Source: the human T2T-CHM13v2.0 reference genome, Homo sapiens. From it: a stretch of 64,000 bases of DNA. The position numbers and the translations under genes were made by a program. Below the pieces are notes generated by a model. That model was not told the DNA's origin. It was given only the letters and a program-made list of their open reading frames with translations, and ran no database searches. Every line of letters starts with the position of its first letter. The first letter of the stretch is position 1. The stretch lies in NCBI RefSeq assembly GCF_009914755.1, contig NC_060931.1; one strand, given 5' to 3'. This document shows, in pieces, positions 1 through 10,456 of this stretch.

Positions 1-562
1 ACCCAAATAGATGAATATAAAAAACAGTAAATCATGCTATAGAAAATTGGATAGAGAAATACTAAAAAATAAAGACCTAGGTGTAATTTTGGACTATTTT
101 CAACAACTTTTACTTCAACCCTGATGTTATCACCAGACTTCCTTCTTTCCTAATTTATCTAAATGTTACCTGGAAAAATTAGCCCCTCTTAGGACAGTAC
201 CTACCTTCAGGGCTTGACTTATAGTCAGCTTTGTGTAAGATTTGTTAGGACCTTATAAGTATCATGTGCCCTTACCTGTACTTCTTCCCTATTCTCACTC
301 CAGCCACCTCACACATAGGCAATGGACATATGTGTACCCATACACACTCCACACACACTGCTACACAGACACACACCTCTAATTCTTTGCTTTTTTTTTT
401 GGAGTCCTCATGATTCTCTTCCACACAGAAGGAGAGAAGAAAGAAAGAGCCACATGGATATGTATATACCAACAGTGTGTGGTACACACACAAACACATG
501 CTAATAGGATTACATGTTTTACAATTAGAAAGCAAATTTCCATAACAAAGTAAATTACTCAT

Positions 563-958
563 TGATATAATTTAGCTCTGTGCCCCTACCCAAATCTCAT
601 GTGGAATTGTAATCCCCATATGTTGAAGGTGGGGCCTGATGGGAGGTAATTGGATTGTGGGTGTGGTGTCTAGTGGTTTAGCACCATCGCCCTAGTGCTG
701 TCTCATGATGGAGTTCTCACAAGATCTGATGGTTTAAGTGTGGTGCCTCCCCCTTGCTCTCTCTCTCCTGCCATCATGTGAAGAAGGCCCTTGCTTCCCC
801 TTCACCTTCTGCCATGATTGTAAGTTTCCTGAAGCTTCCCCATCATGATTCCTGGTAAGTCTGCAGAACTGTGAGTCGATGACAACTCTTTTCTTCATAA
901 ATTATCCAGTCTCAGGTAGTTCTTGACAGCAGTGCGAGAACGAGAACAGCCTAATATA
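563..958 (+). mobile_element. MSTA-type MaLR solo LTR
   Basis: Starts TGATATAATTTAGCTCTGTGCCCCTACCCAAATCTCATG, ends ...CAGCCTAATATA; 5-bp TSD CTCAT at 558-562 and 959-963. Confidence 0.9.
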
Positions 959-2368
959 CTCATAAAGAAAAGAGAGGTGTGTCTTGCACCATAAGGAATC
1001 TTCTGGATCAGGTTCTACTTAGATTTTCCTTCAAATTTAAATGTAGTGTGGAGGAGGGCCATGATATTGTATGCAGACTCTAAAGTTAGGGTGTAAGATC
1101 AATCATTCCCTTGGAAATCTTTTTGGGCCATGCCACATTGGAGACAGGCATACAGTCTCTCGGGTCTCCTGGCAGAGCTGGTTTTCCTTTGGTGTGGGAA
1201 CAGACCACTGTTCAGCTGAACATCCTATGACATAATTGGCTGGCGTTTAGGAGCCACATTGTGCAAAAATACTTATCTTTAAGCACTAGCATCATGCTCC
1301 ATGTAGCAAGATGCTCGTGGCTGAGGGAGTCATGGTAACTAGAGATGCCTCTGGGGCCCATAGGCTCATGGCCCTCTTCTGGATCCTAGTCTGTCCACAC
1401 AAGCACAAAGTGTGTGGTCTGTGTCTCTTACTCTCCACATCTCCCCCACCCCCCGTCTGCCTTCTCTGTCTCCTCATCTGTCTCCTTTTCCTGTCCTCCT
1501 CACCTCACTTTATTCTGTCTGTACCCCACCTCTCCACTCTGCCGCACCACCAACTGTGGAATTCACTTAAGTAGAAAGTGTGTGTAATGTAATGAATGCG
1601 ACCTCAGGACAAACAACTGGGACAATCTTGCCTTATCACAGTAGTTACCTAGGAGAGATGATTTCACCAATAGCCTCTGTCATAGAACCTTTCAAAACTT
1701 AATTTCCAAAGGTCCACCTCAATGAGTACAGAACAATATTTACTAGCTGGGAGAGAAAAGGGTTTAGACAGATCTAACCACATTTAGCAACAATGCTTAC
1801 ATATGCTTTTGTGTCCTTGTGAGATTTTATCAGCCAGGTTATTTTACTTTATTTTGTTTTGTTTTAGCCAAAATCTTGGGTTTTACGATAGCGGGTTGGT
1901 TTTTTATCGTTGTTTCTTGTTGGTTCATTTCCAAATTTCGCAGTTATTTCTTTCTACTGAAAAATAAGGTCACAAAATCAATGAAGCAAAGTTTCCTTTG
2001 TAATAAAGCCCAAATTGTGTGACAGTTTTCTAAACTCGCCATTGCAGAAGCTATGTAATGCATTGCATCCAACGTGTAATTCAGATGGACAGGATTCATG
2101 TGGTCTTTACAGGGTGCTGGGCTTTTTTGGGGAGAAGCAGCGTGGTGAGGAGGCTGTGAAGGAACGGCATTCCGACTGGGGAGTCAAGTGTTAGAAGAAA
2201 GACAGGTTTCTGGAAGAAGGAGACCATCTCTGGGCCATCTTGGCAATTGTAATTTAGGGGGAGAGCAGTCTGAAATTAGTTAATCTAATTTAGACTGTGA
2301 GGAAAATGTAGCCATTTAAGAAAGAGTGTGGATAATTTCAGGCTGAAAGCAAATCTTCACCCACAAGA

Positions 2369-2574
2369 ATATCTCCAGTCTAGTTAAGCTAATGAAACCT
2401 TAACTAGGTTACAAAGAAATCAGAATACAGGAGTTTGAAATGGACCTGTAAAGAAAGGAGGCAATTGTAATTAATGTGTATTACCCTGAGTGGACGGCTG
2501 ATTTTGTCTGAAAAAGGATATCTTTAGTCTAGTTAAGCTAATGAAACCTCAACTAGGTTACAGAAAAAATCAGA
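2369..2574. repeat. Dispersed direct repeat (~55 bp, 149-bp offset), each copy holding an inverted repeat
   Basis: AGTCTAGTTAAGCTAATGAAACCT(T/C)AACTAGGTTACA at 2377 and 2526, flanked by ATATCT and AAATCAGA in both copies. Confidence 0.9.
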
Positions 2575-2620
2575 GCATTAGCGAGCAGAACTGACAGTGG
2601 AAGCTGTCAGCATCCTGTTG

Positions 2621-2668
2621 AGAGTGACTGGCGGAGCTCATGACAGAGTGACTGGCGGGGTTCATGAC
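2621..2668. repeat. 24-bp tandem repeat, 2 copies plus a degenerate third
   Basis: AGAGTGACTGGCGGAGCTCATGAC / AGAGTGACTGGCGGGGTTCATGAC, then TGGGTAACGGCGG. Confidence 0.9.
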
Positions 2669-3224
2669 TGGGTAACGGCGGCAGGGTATCGCTGATTGAC
2701 AGGACCATGAAATGTTCCCACAGTGACTGACATACAGCAAAGGAAAAAGATCAAGAAATAACAAATAATATAGTTTATGTATATTTTGTTATCTTTCCAC
2801 TAGACTTTTCTTCTGCACTTTATTTAGTAGCTAATTGATATTGTTATTGGTTCATAAATAAACAATCCAGCTTCTTTTACTTATAAACTAGAAGTGTTCA
2901 GTATTTTTAAAGTATTCTATTTCTGATTTATATATTGAGTATATTTATATAGTATTTATTTGTACTGATATTTCCTTTCTGTATTGAGCTTGCTGGAATG
3001 TTCAGATTGTCAAAAGACACTATGTATATTTATATGCACATTAGTCATGGGAGTAACCTACAATCTCTGGGTGGAAAAAATGACCGATGGATCATCCTAA
3101 AAGCAGACGTATTGCAGGAGAAGATAGACAGGAAAGGGGCCCAGACACGCTTTAGATCAGGCTCTGGAAACCCTGAGATGGATGGGTTCACATTTAGATA
3201 TTCAACATGCGTATTTTGAACTCT

Positions 3225-3605
3225 TGCTGTGTGCTGGATCTGTATGAGGTGCTTGGGTTGCAGCAATGAGCAAAACAGACAAAGATCCCTGTATTCAGGA
3301 GCTTGCACTCCAGTGATGGAGACAGAGAAGCAATAAACAAAACAAATAGGTCAATTATCTGTTATGGCAGAAGGCAATCGTTTCATGGAACAAAGGAAAG
3401 ATTCAGCAGAATAAGGGGACAGGAGTGCCAGTGGTTGGATCACTGATTTTCTTAAAGAGGGGAAGAAGCTATAATAACAGTGTCAAGGCCTTTTAATTCT
3501 TGGGTGAGGTAGGGTGGGCATGTGCTGGATAGGAAGAACAAGGCAGAGCCAGGGCAGAATGTAGTGTTAAACTGCATGGTCAGGGTAAGCCTCATGGAGA
3601 AGGCA
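3225..3605 (-). mobile_element. L2 LINE fragment interrupted by a non-L2 insert (3439-3553)
   Basis: L2-like motifs GCAATGAGCAAAACAGACAAAGATCCCTG...GGAGCTTGCACTCCAGTG, resuming at TGGTCAGGGTAAGCCTCATGGAGAAGG. Confidence 0.6.
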
Positions 3606-3662
3606 GCCCCCTCGTTGTTTATTTACTGAGTTCTCACTATTTGCTGAAACCCTGAGGAAGAA

Positions 3663-3784
3663 TCCATGCATCCATCCATGCATCCATGCATCCATCCATC
3701 CATCCATCCATCCATCCATCCATCCATCCATGCATGCATCCATCCATGCATCTATCTGTCCATCCATCCATCTATCCATCCATC
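3663..3784. repeat. (TCCA)n/(TGCA) tetranucleotide microsatellite at the tail of a minus-strand L2 3' end (L2 continues to ~3870)
   Basis: Direct reading: tccatgcatccatccatgc...; followed by ATTGAGTGCCTCCTATATGCCTGACACTGTGCTGGG. Confidence 0.9.
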
Positions 3785-3974
3785 TAGTAAGATTGAGTGC
3801 CTCCTATATGCCTGACACTGTGCTGGGCTTGAAGTTACAGAGATGAATAAGACACAGTATCTACCTTCCAGATGTCACAATGAACCGAAAAAACACAAGA
3901 AAACCAGTTGATTACATTGTAGAGCTCTGTCTTCTAGTGTCCTTTCATTCAGGCCCAGCTGAACTCTTCCTTCC

Positions 3975-4242
3975 TTCACCAATGAGGCCTTCTTTGACCA
4001 TCCCATCGAGAAAAGCCCTCTCCATGCCTTTCTAATCCTTGACCAGGGTTAATTTCACTCTATGGTATATATCACTCCTGGCATCGTAACATGTTTATTT
4101 GTATTTTATCTTCCCCCACTAGAATGTAAGGTCTGAGAGGAGGGACATTGTTTTGTTCAGGGCTGTATCATTATTGTCCGAAACGATACCTAGTATGGAG
4201 AAGATAATTAATATTTGTTGAAAACATGAATAAATAAATGAA
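3975..4242 (+). mobile_element. L2 3' end
   Basis: CACTAGAATGTAAGGTCTGAGAGG...TAATATTTGTTGAA..ATGAATAAATAAATGAA terminus. Confidence 0.75.
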
Positions 4243-4904
4243 GTGCTATAAAAGAGGGATATATTAAATATGGTGCTGCTGACCTTGTATCTCCTAACAT
4301 AGCAGTGAGCAGAAAAAGCAATATTCACATAGAATCTCCTGGGAACAGTGTAAGGGAGATGATTAAAGTAATGTTATTATAGTAAGAAAATGTAATATAT
4401 GTTTACCAGGTTAAATTTTTTAATTTTAAATTACAAAATATTTCAGACAAACAGAAAAGTGCATCAAATGGTCATATATACCTTTAACGTGTATTTTTGT
4501 TTTCTTTTTCTTACATACACACACACAAAACAAAAGACTTCCCTGAAGGTTTTATAGTGCTTGATTCCCGTGATTCAAAGCAGCAATACTTAGTAACAAG
4601 CAGCCCTTGATCACTTAAAAACTATAGAAGTCGTGTCTAAAGAGTCAAAGAATAACCCCTATCCCTGGCTTGGTGAAACTGTACCTGGGGCCCTCCTAGA
4701 ACACATGACTTGCTCATCCTCTGGCATTCTTATTAGCAAATATTACCTCCATATGGATGATGGATGGAGTGCTGTGCAGCAGGAAGTGATGTTAGCAGTG
4801 TGACAACTAAAACTCAGTGTCTTTGGAACTGATCTCCTCTGAAGCACTGATCTCCTTTGATGTAGAAAGCCAAGGAAGAGTGTCTCACCTATTCCTTTTC
4901 CAAA

Positions 4905-5395
4905 GATAGTCCATCTTTAGCTTTTGCTGCAAATGACCCCCAAACTCTCGTGACATAAAGTAACAATTATGTATTTAGACCAAAAGTTTCTGAGTTGGCA
5001 GTGTGATCTGGGCTCAGCTGGGCAGTCCTTCTCATCTCCAAGAGGTCACTCATGCATTTACAGTCAGCTGAAGTTGGCTGAGGGCAGGCTGGCCTAGAAT
5101 GGCCTTAGCCGGAACGGCTGGTCACTGCCTCTAGCAGGCCAGTCCAGGCTTGTTTACATGGCAGTTTGGCAGGTTTCTGAGAGAGAGCAGCAGTGTGTGA
5201 GGCACAGGTGTGCAAGGACAAGGTTACTTTTGCTGTATTCTGTTGCTCAAAGTAAGTCACAAAATCAGCCCACATTGAAGGGGTGGAGAAAAAGACCCCA
5301 CCCCTTGATAAGAGGGGCTTCAAAGTCACCTTTGGAGGAATATGGATACAGTAGGGAGAATAGAATGGTTGTGGCCATTTTTGCTCAGAATCTTC
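4905..5395 (-). mobile_element. MLT1-family (MLT1H-like) MaLR LTR
   Basis: CTGGGCTCAGCTGGGCAGTCCTTCT, AAAGTAAGTCACAAAATCAGCCCACATTGAAGGGGTGGAGAAAAAGACCCCACCCCTTGAT, GGCCATTTTTGC. Confidence 0.65.
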
Positions 5396-5634
5396 CCAAA
5401 GGCTGATACCATTTTACATCAATCTGAATGTCTACTTTACTTTATCTTCTCATCTCATTTTTTAAAAATTGAAAAAATGTCCTACCAATTTTATGACCCT
5501 TTTTAGCACCCCCCAACTTCAGATCACTGAACCAGGTATTTTTTAGAGATAAGAAATGAACAAATAATGAAGTGGTATGTCCCACCTTCAAAGATGCTCC
5601 TGCAAACAGAAAGAAATAAGAAAGAGACTTGAGA

Positions 5635-6589
5635 GGCTGTGAGACAGGGACAGAGAGACAGAGGCCAGGGCAGCATGTCCAGGAGTGGAGTCCACCACCC
5701 ACCACCACGATGCCAGAGAGCTGGGACAAGGATGTGTACCCCAAGTCCCCATGCCCTCGCTGCAGGCCTTGCTCCCCAAACCCATCACCTACTTGATGAA
5801 GGCCTTTGACCTCCTCATGGCCTTTGTGAGAGAGAGTTTATAAAGGGGCAGCATGTGAAGAAGGTATTACTACTACCACTGGGAGTATCGCCACATGCCA
5901 GACATCATTGAATGCAAGGAGGATGTTTTGTGCATGTTTGGAGCTGAAATGCAATGGAGAAGGGACCACAAAATCAGTCAAGAAATTGTTGACCTCATCC
6001 AGGAGAGGCTTAAGGAGGGAGCTACAGACAGACTGTGCCAAGGAGCTGGAACCCTTCACCCTGGTGGCCAAGGCATGCCAGGACCGCTATCATGACCAGG
6101 GAGTCCACTATTTTTTTTTTTTTTTTTTGAGACCGAGTCTCACTCTGTCACCCAGGCTGGAGTGCAGTGGTGCGATCTTGGCTCACTGCAACCTCTGCTT
6201 CCCAGGTTGACGTGATTCCCCTGCCTCAGCCCTCCTGAGTAGCTGGGATTACAAGCACGCGCCACCACGCCCCACTAATTTTTTTTGTATTTTTAGTAGA
6301 GACGGGGTTTCACCACATTGGTCAGGCTGGTCTCAAACTCCTGACCTCATGATCCACCCGCCTCGGCCTCCCAGAGTGCTGGGATTCCAGGCATGAGCCA
6401 CCGCGCCCGGCTGGGAGTCCGCTATTCTGAAGTACCTGGTGAAACAGAGGAAGAGGATGCTGGTGGAGAGAAAAGCTGCAAAGGAGGCTGCTGCTGCCTG
6501 AGGCAGCTGTGTGGGTTCCCCCTGCGCTATGTGGCTCTATATGACTATCACTGTATTTCTGAAATAAAGTGATGCAACCTGAAAAAAAA
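5635..6589 (+). pseudogene. NDUFB10: Processed pseudogene of NDUFB10 (complex I PDSW subunit): intronless, frameshifted, Alu-interrupted
   Basis: ATG at 5710 reads MPESWDKDVYP; later frames give [60 protein letters not shown] and [19 protein letters not shown]; AATAAA 6563-6568, short A tail, 14-bp TSD AAAGAGACTTGAGA (5621-5634 / 6587-6600). Confidence 0.95.
6111..6412 (-). mobile_element. AluS (Sg-like) inserted into the NDUFB10 pseudogene
   Basis: Poly-T then full Alu; TSD GGGAGTCC(A/G)CTATT at 6099-6112 / 6413-6426. Confidence 0.95.
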
Positions 6590-7604
6590 GAGACTTGAGA
6601 ACAACACGATTTCATAGAAGTTTGTTGAGTATCCCAAATGTGCCAGGCTCAGTAAGAAAAAAGAGAACCAAAGATGGATAGAATACAACTTCTCTTCTTG
6701 AGGCATTCACAGTTGTTTTCAAATTATTTAGCATTGTTTCTGGTGGTTCACTGTCCCTCACCCCTACATTCAAACACAAAGTCCCGTGGATTTTGCTTTT
6801 AAATGCCTCCTTGGATGCATCCCTTCCACCACCACCTTGGTTCAGTCCTCTTCATCTGTTGCCATGACTACAGCACACCCTTCTTGCTGGTCTCCTCACA
6901 TCAATCTCTCCTTCTCTGCCAACATATCGGCTGAGTTCGCATTCCAACTGGAATGTCCTCTGACATGCAAACTTAGCCATGCAACATGCTCATAGTAAGA
7001 ATGCCCTCATGAGCATTCTCCTAAGGATCTTTCCAGCCTAAAGGTTCACAGCTAAGGATCTTTCCATGCAACACAAGACTCATTTTGAGCTGGCATGCCC
7101 TCACCCCACCGTCTCTCCAGGCTTATCTCACATTTTATTCTCAAGGAAAACAGAACTGTTGGTAGTTTCTTGAACATGCCAATCTTTCTCAAATCTTTTG
7201 CTTTACATAGATGTTGTTCCTTTTGACAAGAGCCACTCTTCTCCCACTTGTCTGCCTATAGCCTGTAACTTTCTTTGAGGGCAGGTCATTCTCAAAATTA
7301 CTTAGAAGCTGTATATGATACTCAAAACATACACTATTACTGCTGTCTCTGATGACTTCAGACTTCCATTCCTACTTCAAGCATAAGCCCCATTGCTCCT
7401 TTCCTATTAGGATCACACTGCACCATCATTGCCTTTGTTCTGTTTTGTTCAATCTCTGTAACCTTCTTTAAGACAGTGACCATATCTTTTCAGCCTTCTC
7501 TATTCAGCAACTAGTACTTAATAAATATTAATGGAATGAATTAAATCAAACCAGAAAGAAGTGGAAAATATTAAGTTCATTTTAGTTATACTAATGGACA
7601 GGCA

Positions 7605-7800
7605 GCAAAGTATCCTCTAATGATCATTGAATTTGATGCCAGAAGAGGCCGCCTTGCCCCTTAATAGCCATTTGACCTTGAGAAAGTCTCATTCTCTCTT
7701 AGAGTTTCAGTTTCCTCATTAGCTAAACAAGAATAAACCTACCCCTGTCTACCTCATAGTGTTAAAAGGATCAAATGAGAGAATGAAATGTGGGCATCTG
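7605..7800 (+). mobile_element. MIR SINE
   Basis: Core TGACCTTGAGAAAGT...AGTTTCAGTTTCCTCAT...GGATCAAATGAGA. Confidence 0.7.
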
Positions 7801-9299
7801 ATTATTTGCAAAGCAAATCTGAGAACTAGCCCAAATCCTTAGAGCAAGCTTTAAAGAGTCTACAGTCTTTTAGCCCACTCTTGGGCTCCACAGTTTATGG
7901 TCTGCAACTCGTAAAGTCTCCAGGAGGCAGTAGCAATATATATGATTTGAGTATGAATGTATGTTATGTTTTGAGCTTAATATAGACTTCAAAATACTGT
8001 CATTTTTGGTTTCTTTTCTTTAGAATAAGATATCCTCAAAGAATGTTAAAGAACTTATGTATCAGAGAAATACATTGTATTTGGCAGAAATGTTTCTAGT
8101 GCTGAGGCAGTTATGCTATGCACAGTAAGTTCTCTTCCACTTCCTGCCACAACTCTGAAACCTCAAATTTGGCACAGCAGACAGTTCTGACAAAATAATG
8201 AAGCAGCTTACTCACTCCAGTATGGACCAGGAAAATGAGATGTTCAGGAGTCTGAGTGTATGTGTTCACATGTGTGTGTGCTCAGGCCTTGAAGTCTTTT
8301 CTTTTGGGAGCAGTTTCTTGTATTCTTTCGTATCCCCTTCCTACTTATTCAACCATATTCCTCTATTATTAACCCCCAAAGTCAAATCCTTTTAAGCCTT
8401 AGAAACCTACCATAGTGGCCCATCTTTATGTCCCACACTCTCCACCTTTGTGGTTTCGTGGTTCCTATTTGTTCACTCCCTTTAGTTCCATTTCTGTGTC
8501 CTTTGTTTGTTCCTGAGCCATTGTTACTTGCACCACCTCCTCCTGGGACATTGCACTGAGTTTCTCTCTTTCCTTTCATCTCCTCAGGACTCCAGTGTCT
8601 TCTGACTTTTCTCCCCTTTCTGTGAACTGATTTTGAATATCCTGTTTAGCAAAATGTTTCAGAGATTCTAGCTGCTTATTTTAAGATTCCAGTTTTCCCC
8701 TTTGAGTTTTTATTTTTATTTTTGTTTTGCTTAGAGGAATCAAAGTTGTTTATGTTAATAAAACATTTCACTCAAGGCAACCAGACCAAAGTAAACAGCT
8801 TCCTCCACCAGGCTCTCTGCTGCTGTGATGGGGTGGGGGTGATGGAAGGGATGAAGGGCTGTCCCTTGGGAAAGCAGAGAGAGATCCAGGGTGAATAATG
8901 ATCACTTTCTAGGGCCGTCTCCAGCTTTATTGAAGGGAATCAAATGTTCTTGCTAATATTGTCAGGGCTTTGGCTGCTGTTCAGACTTGGTGACTAACTC
9001 AGGAAATAAAGGGAGTCAAAGGGGTGGATGGGAAATCTGGGGAAGAAAAACAGAGCCATGACCAGTCAGGCTTCCCTCCTTGTGGTGGAGCCTTAGAGAA
9101 GCATTGGGACCCCTATGGACTGATAATCCCTTCATCAGTCATGCACCTGCCATGAATTGAGAGAGATGCAGAGCAGATGAAAATCACTGATTTTCTTAAA
9201 GAGAAGAAGAAGCTATAATAACTATGCCAATTCTTCAGTGAGGTGGGGTGTGTATGTGCTGGATAGGAAGGACTAGGTGGAGCCAGGTGAGCCTTGATT

Positions 9300-9362
9300 G
9301 GCATTCAATGCAGATGGGCATTCAACACAGATGGGCATTCAATGCCGATGCATTCAACGCAG
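9300..9362. repeat. 17-bp minisatellite, ~3.7 copies
   Basis: GGCATTCAATGCAGATG / GGCATTCAACACAGATG / GGCATTCAATGCCGATG / CATTCAACGCAG. Confidence 0.9.
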
Positions 9363-9369
9363 GTTAGGG

Positions 9370-10373
9370 TTGTTTTTTCTGCAGAAGCTTTTTAGTTTGA
9401 CATAGTCCCATTCATCTAGTTTTGTTTTTATCACCTGTGCTTTTTATTCAAATTTTATTTTAGATTCAGGGTGGGACATGTGCAGGTTTGTTACAAGGGT
9501 ATGTGTGATGCTGAGGTTTGAGGTACGATTGAACTCATCACCCAGGTGGTGAGCATAGTACCTGACAGGTCATTTTTCAATTCCTTTCCCAACTCCCTCT
9601 TTCTCTCCCCACTCTAGTAGTCACATTGTCTATTGTTTCCATCTTTATGTCCATGTGTACCCAGCGTTCAGCTCCTGCTTATAACTGATAACGTGATATT
9701 TGGTTTTCTGTTTCTGTGTTAATTCTCTTAGGATATTGACGCCAGCTGCAACCATGTTGCTACAAAGGACATGATTTCATGCTTTTTTATGACTGTGTAG
9801 TATTCTATGGTGTATATGTACCACATTTCATTTTCTTTTTCCAATCCGTCATTGATGGGCATCTAGGTTGATTCCATGTCATTGCTATTGTGAATAGTGC
9901 TGTGATGAACATACAAATGCATGTATTTTTTTGTAGAATGATTCATTTTCCTTTGGGTACATGCCCAGTAATGGGATTGATGGGTCAAATGATAGTTCTA
10001 TTTTTAATTCTTTGAGAAATTTCCAAACTGCTTTCCACAGTGACTGAACGAGTTTACATTCCCACAAATAGTGTATAAGCTTTCTCTTTTCTCTGACACC
10101 TCACTGACATCTGTTTTTTTTTTGGTCTTTTTAATAGTAGCCATTCTGGTTGGTGTGAGATGTTATCTCATTGTGGTTTTGATTTACATATCTCTGATGA
10201 TTAGCAGTGTGGAGCATTTTTTCATATGTTTGTTGGTCGCTTATGTGTAGTCTTCTGAGAAATCTGTTCATGTCTTTTGCTCGCATTTTAATGGGGTTAT
10301 TTGTCTTTTTGCTTGTTGAATTGTTTAACTTCCTTATAGACTGTGGATATTAGACCTTGTCAGACCATAGTTG
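9370..10373 (-). mobile_element. L1 3' end (old L1PA, PA13-16-like) plus a short ORF2 piece at 9370-9445
   Basis: 3'UTR GATTCAGGG..ACATGTGCAGGTTTGTTACAAGGGTAT; degenerate ORF2 C-terminus (ORF 9885-10067 WECKLVQSLWKAVWKFLKELK). Confidence 0.9.
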
Positions 10374-10410
10374 CGGGGTTGGGCGGGGGGGTGGTCTCTG
10401 CCTCAGGATG

Positions 10411-10456
10411 AGCTGTCCAAGTTGCTGAGTGGCCTCACTCAGCAACTTGGACAGCT
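10411..10456. repeat. Perfect 21-bp inverted repeat with 4-nt loop
   Basis: AGCTGTCCAAGTTGCTGAGTG-gcct-CACTCAGCAACTTGGACAGCT. Confidence 0.97.

Noticed and set aside
2369-2574. CRISPR-like reading of the palindromic direct repeats
   Set aside because: Only two copies, ~95-bp spacer, primate context and no cas genes
3567-3779. [17 protein letters not shown]...
   Set aside because: Translation of the (TGGA)n microsatellite
5895-6210. Functional NDUFB10 paralogue
   Set aside because: Frameshifts, internal deletions and an Alu insertion in the coding region
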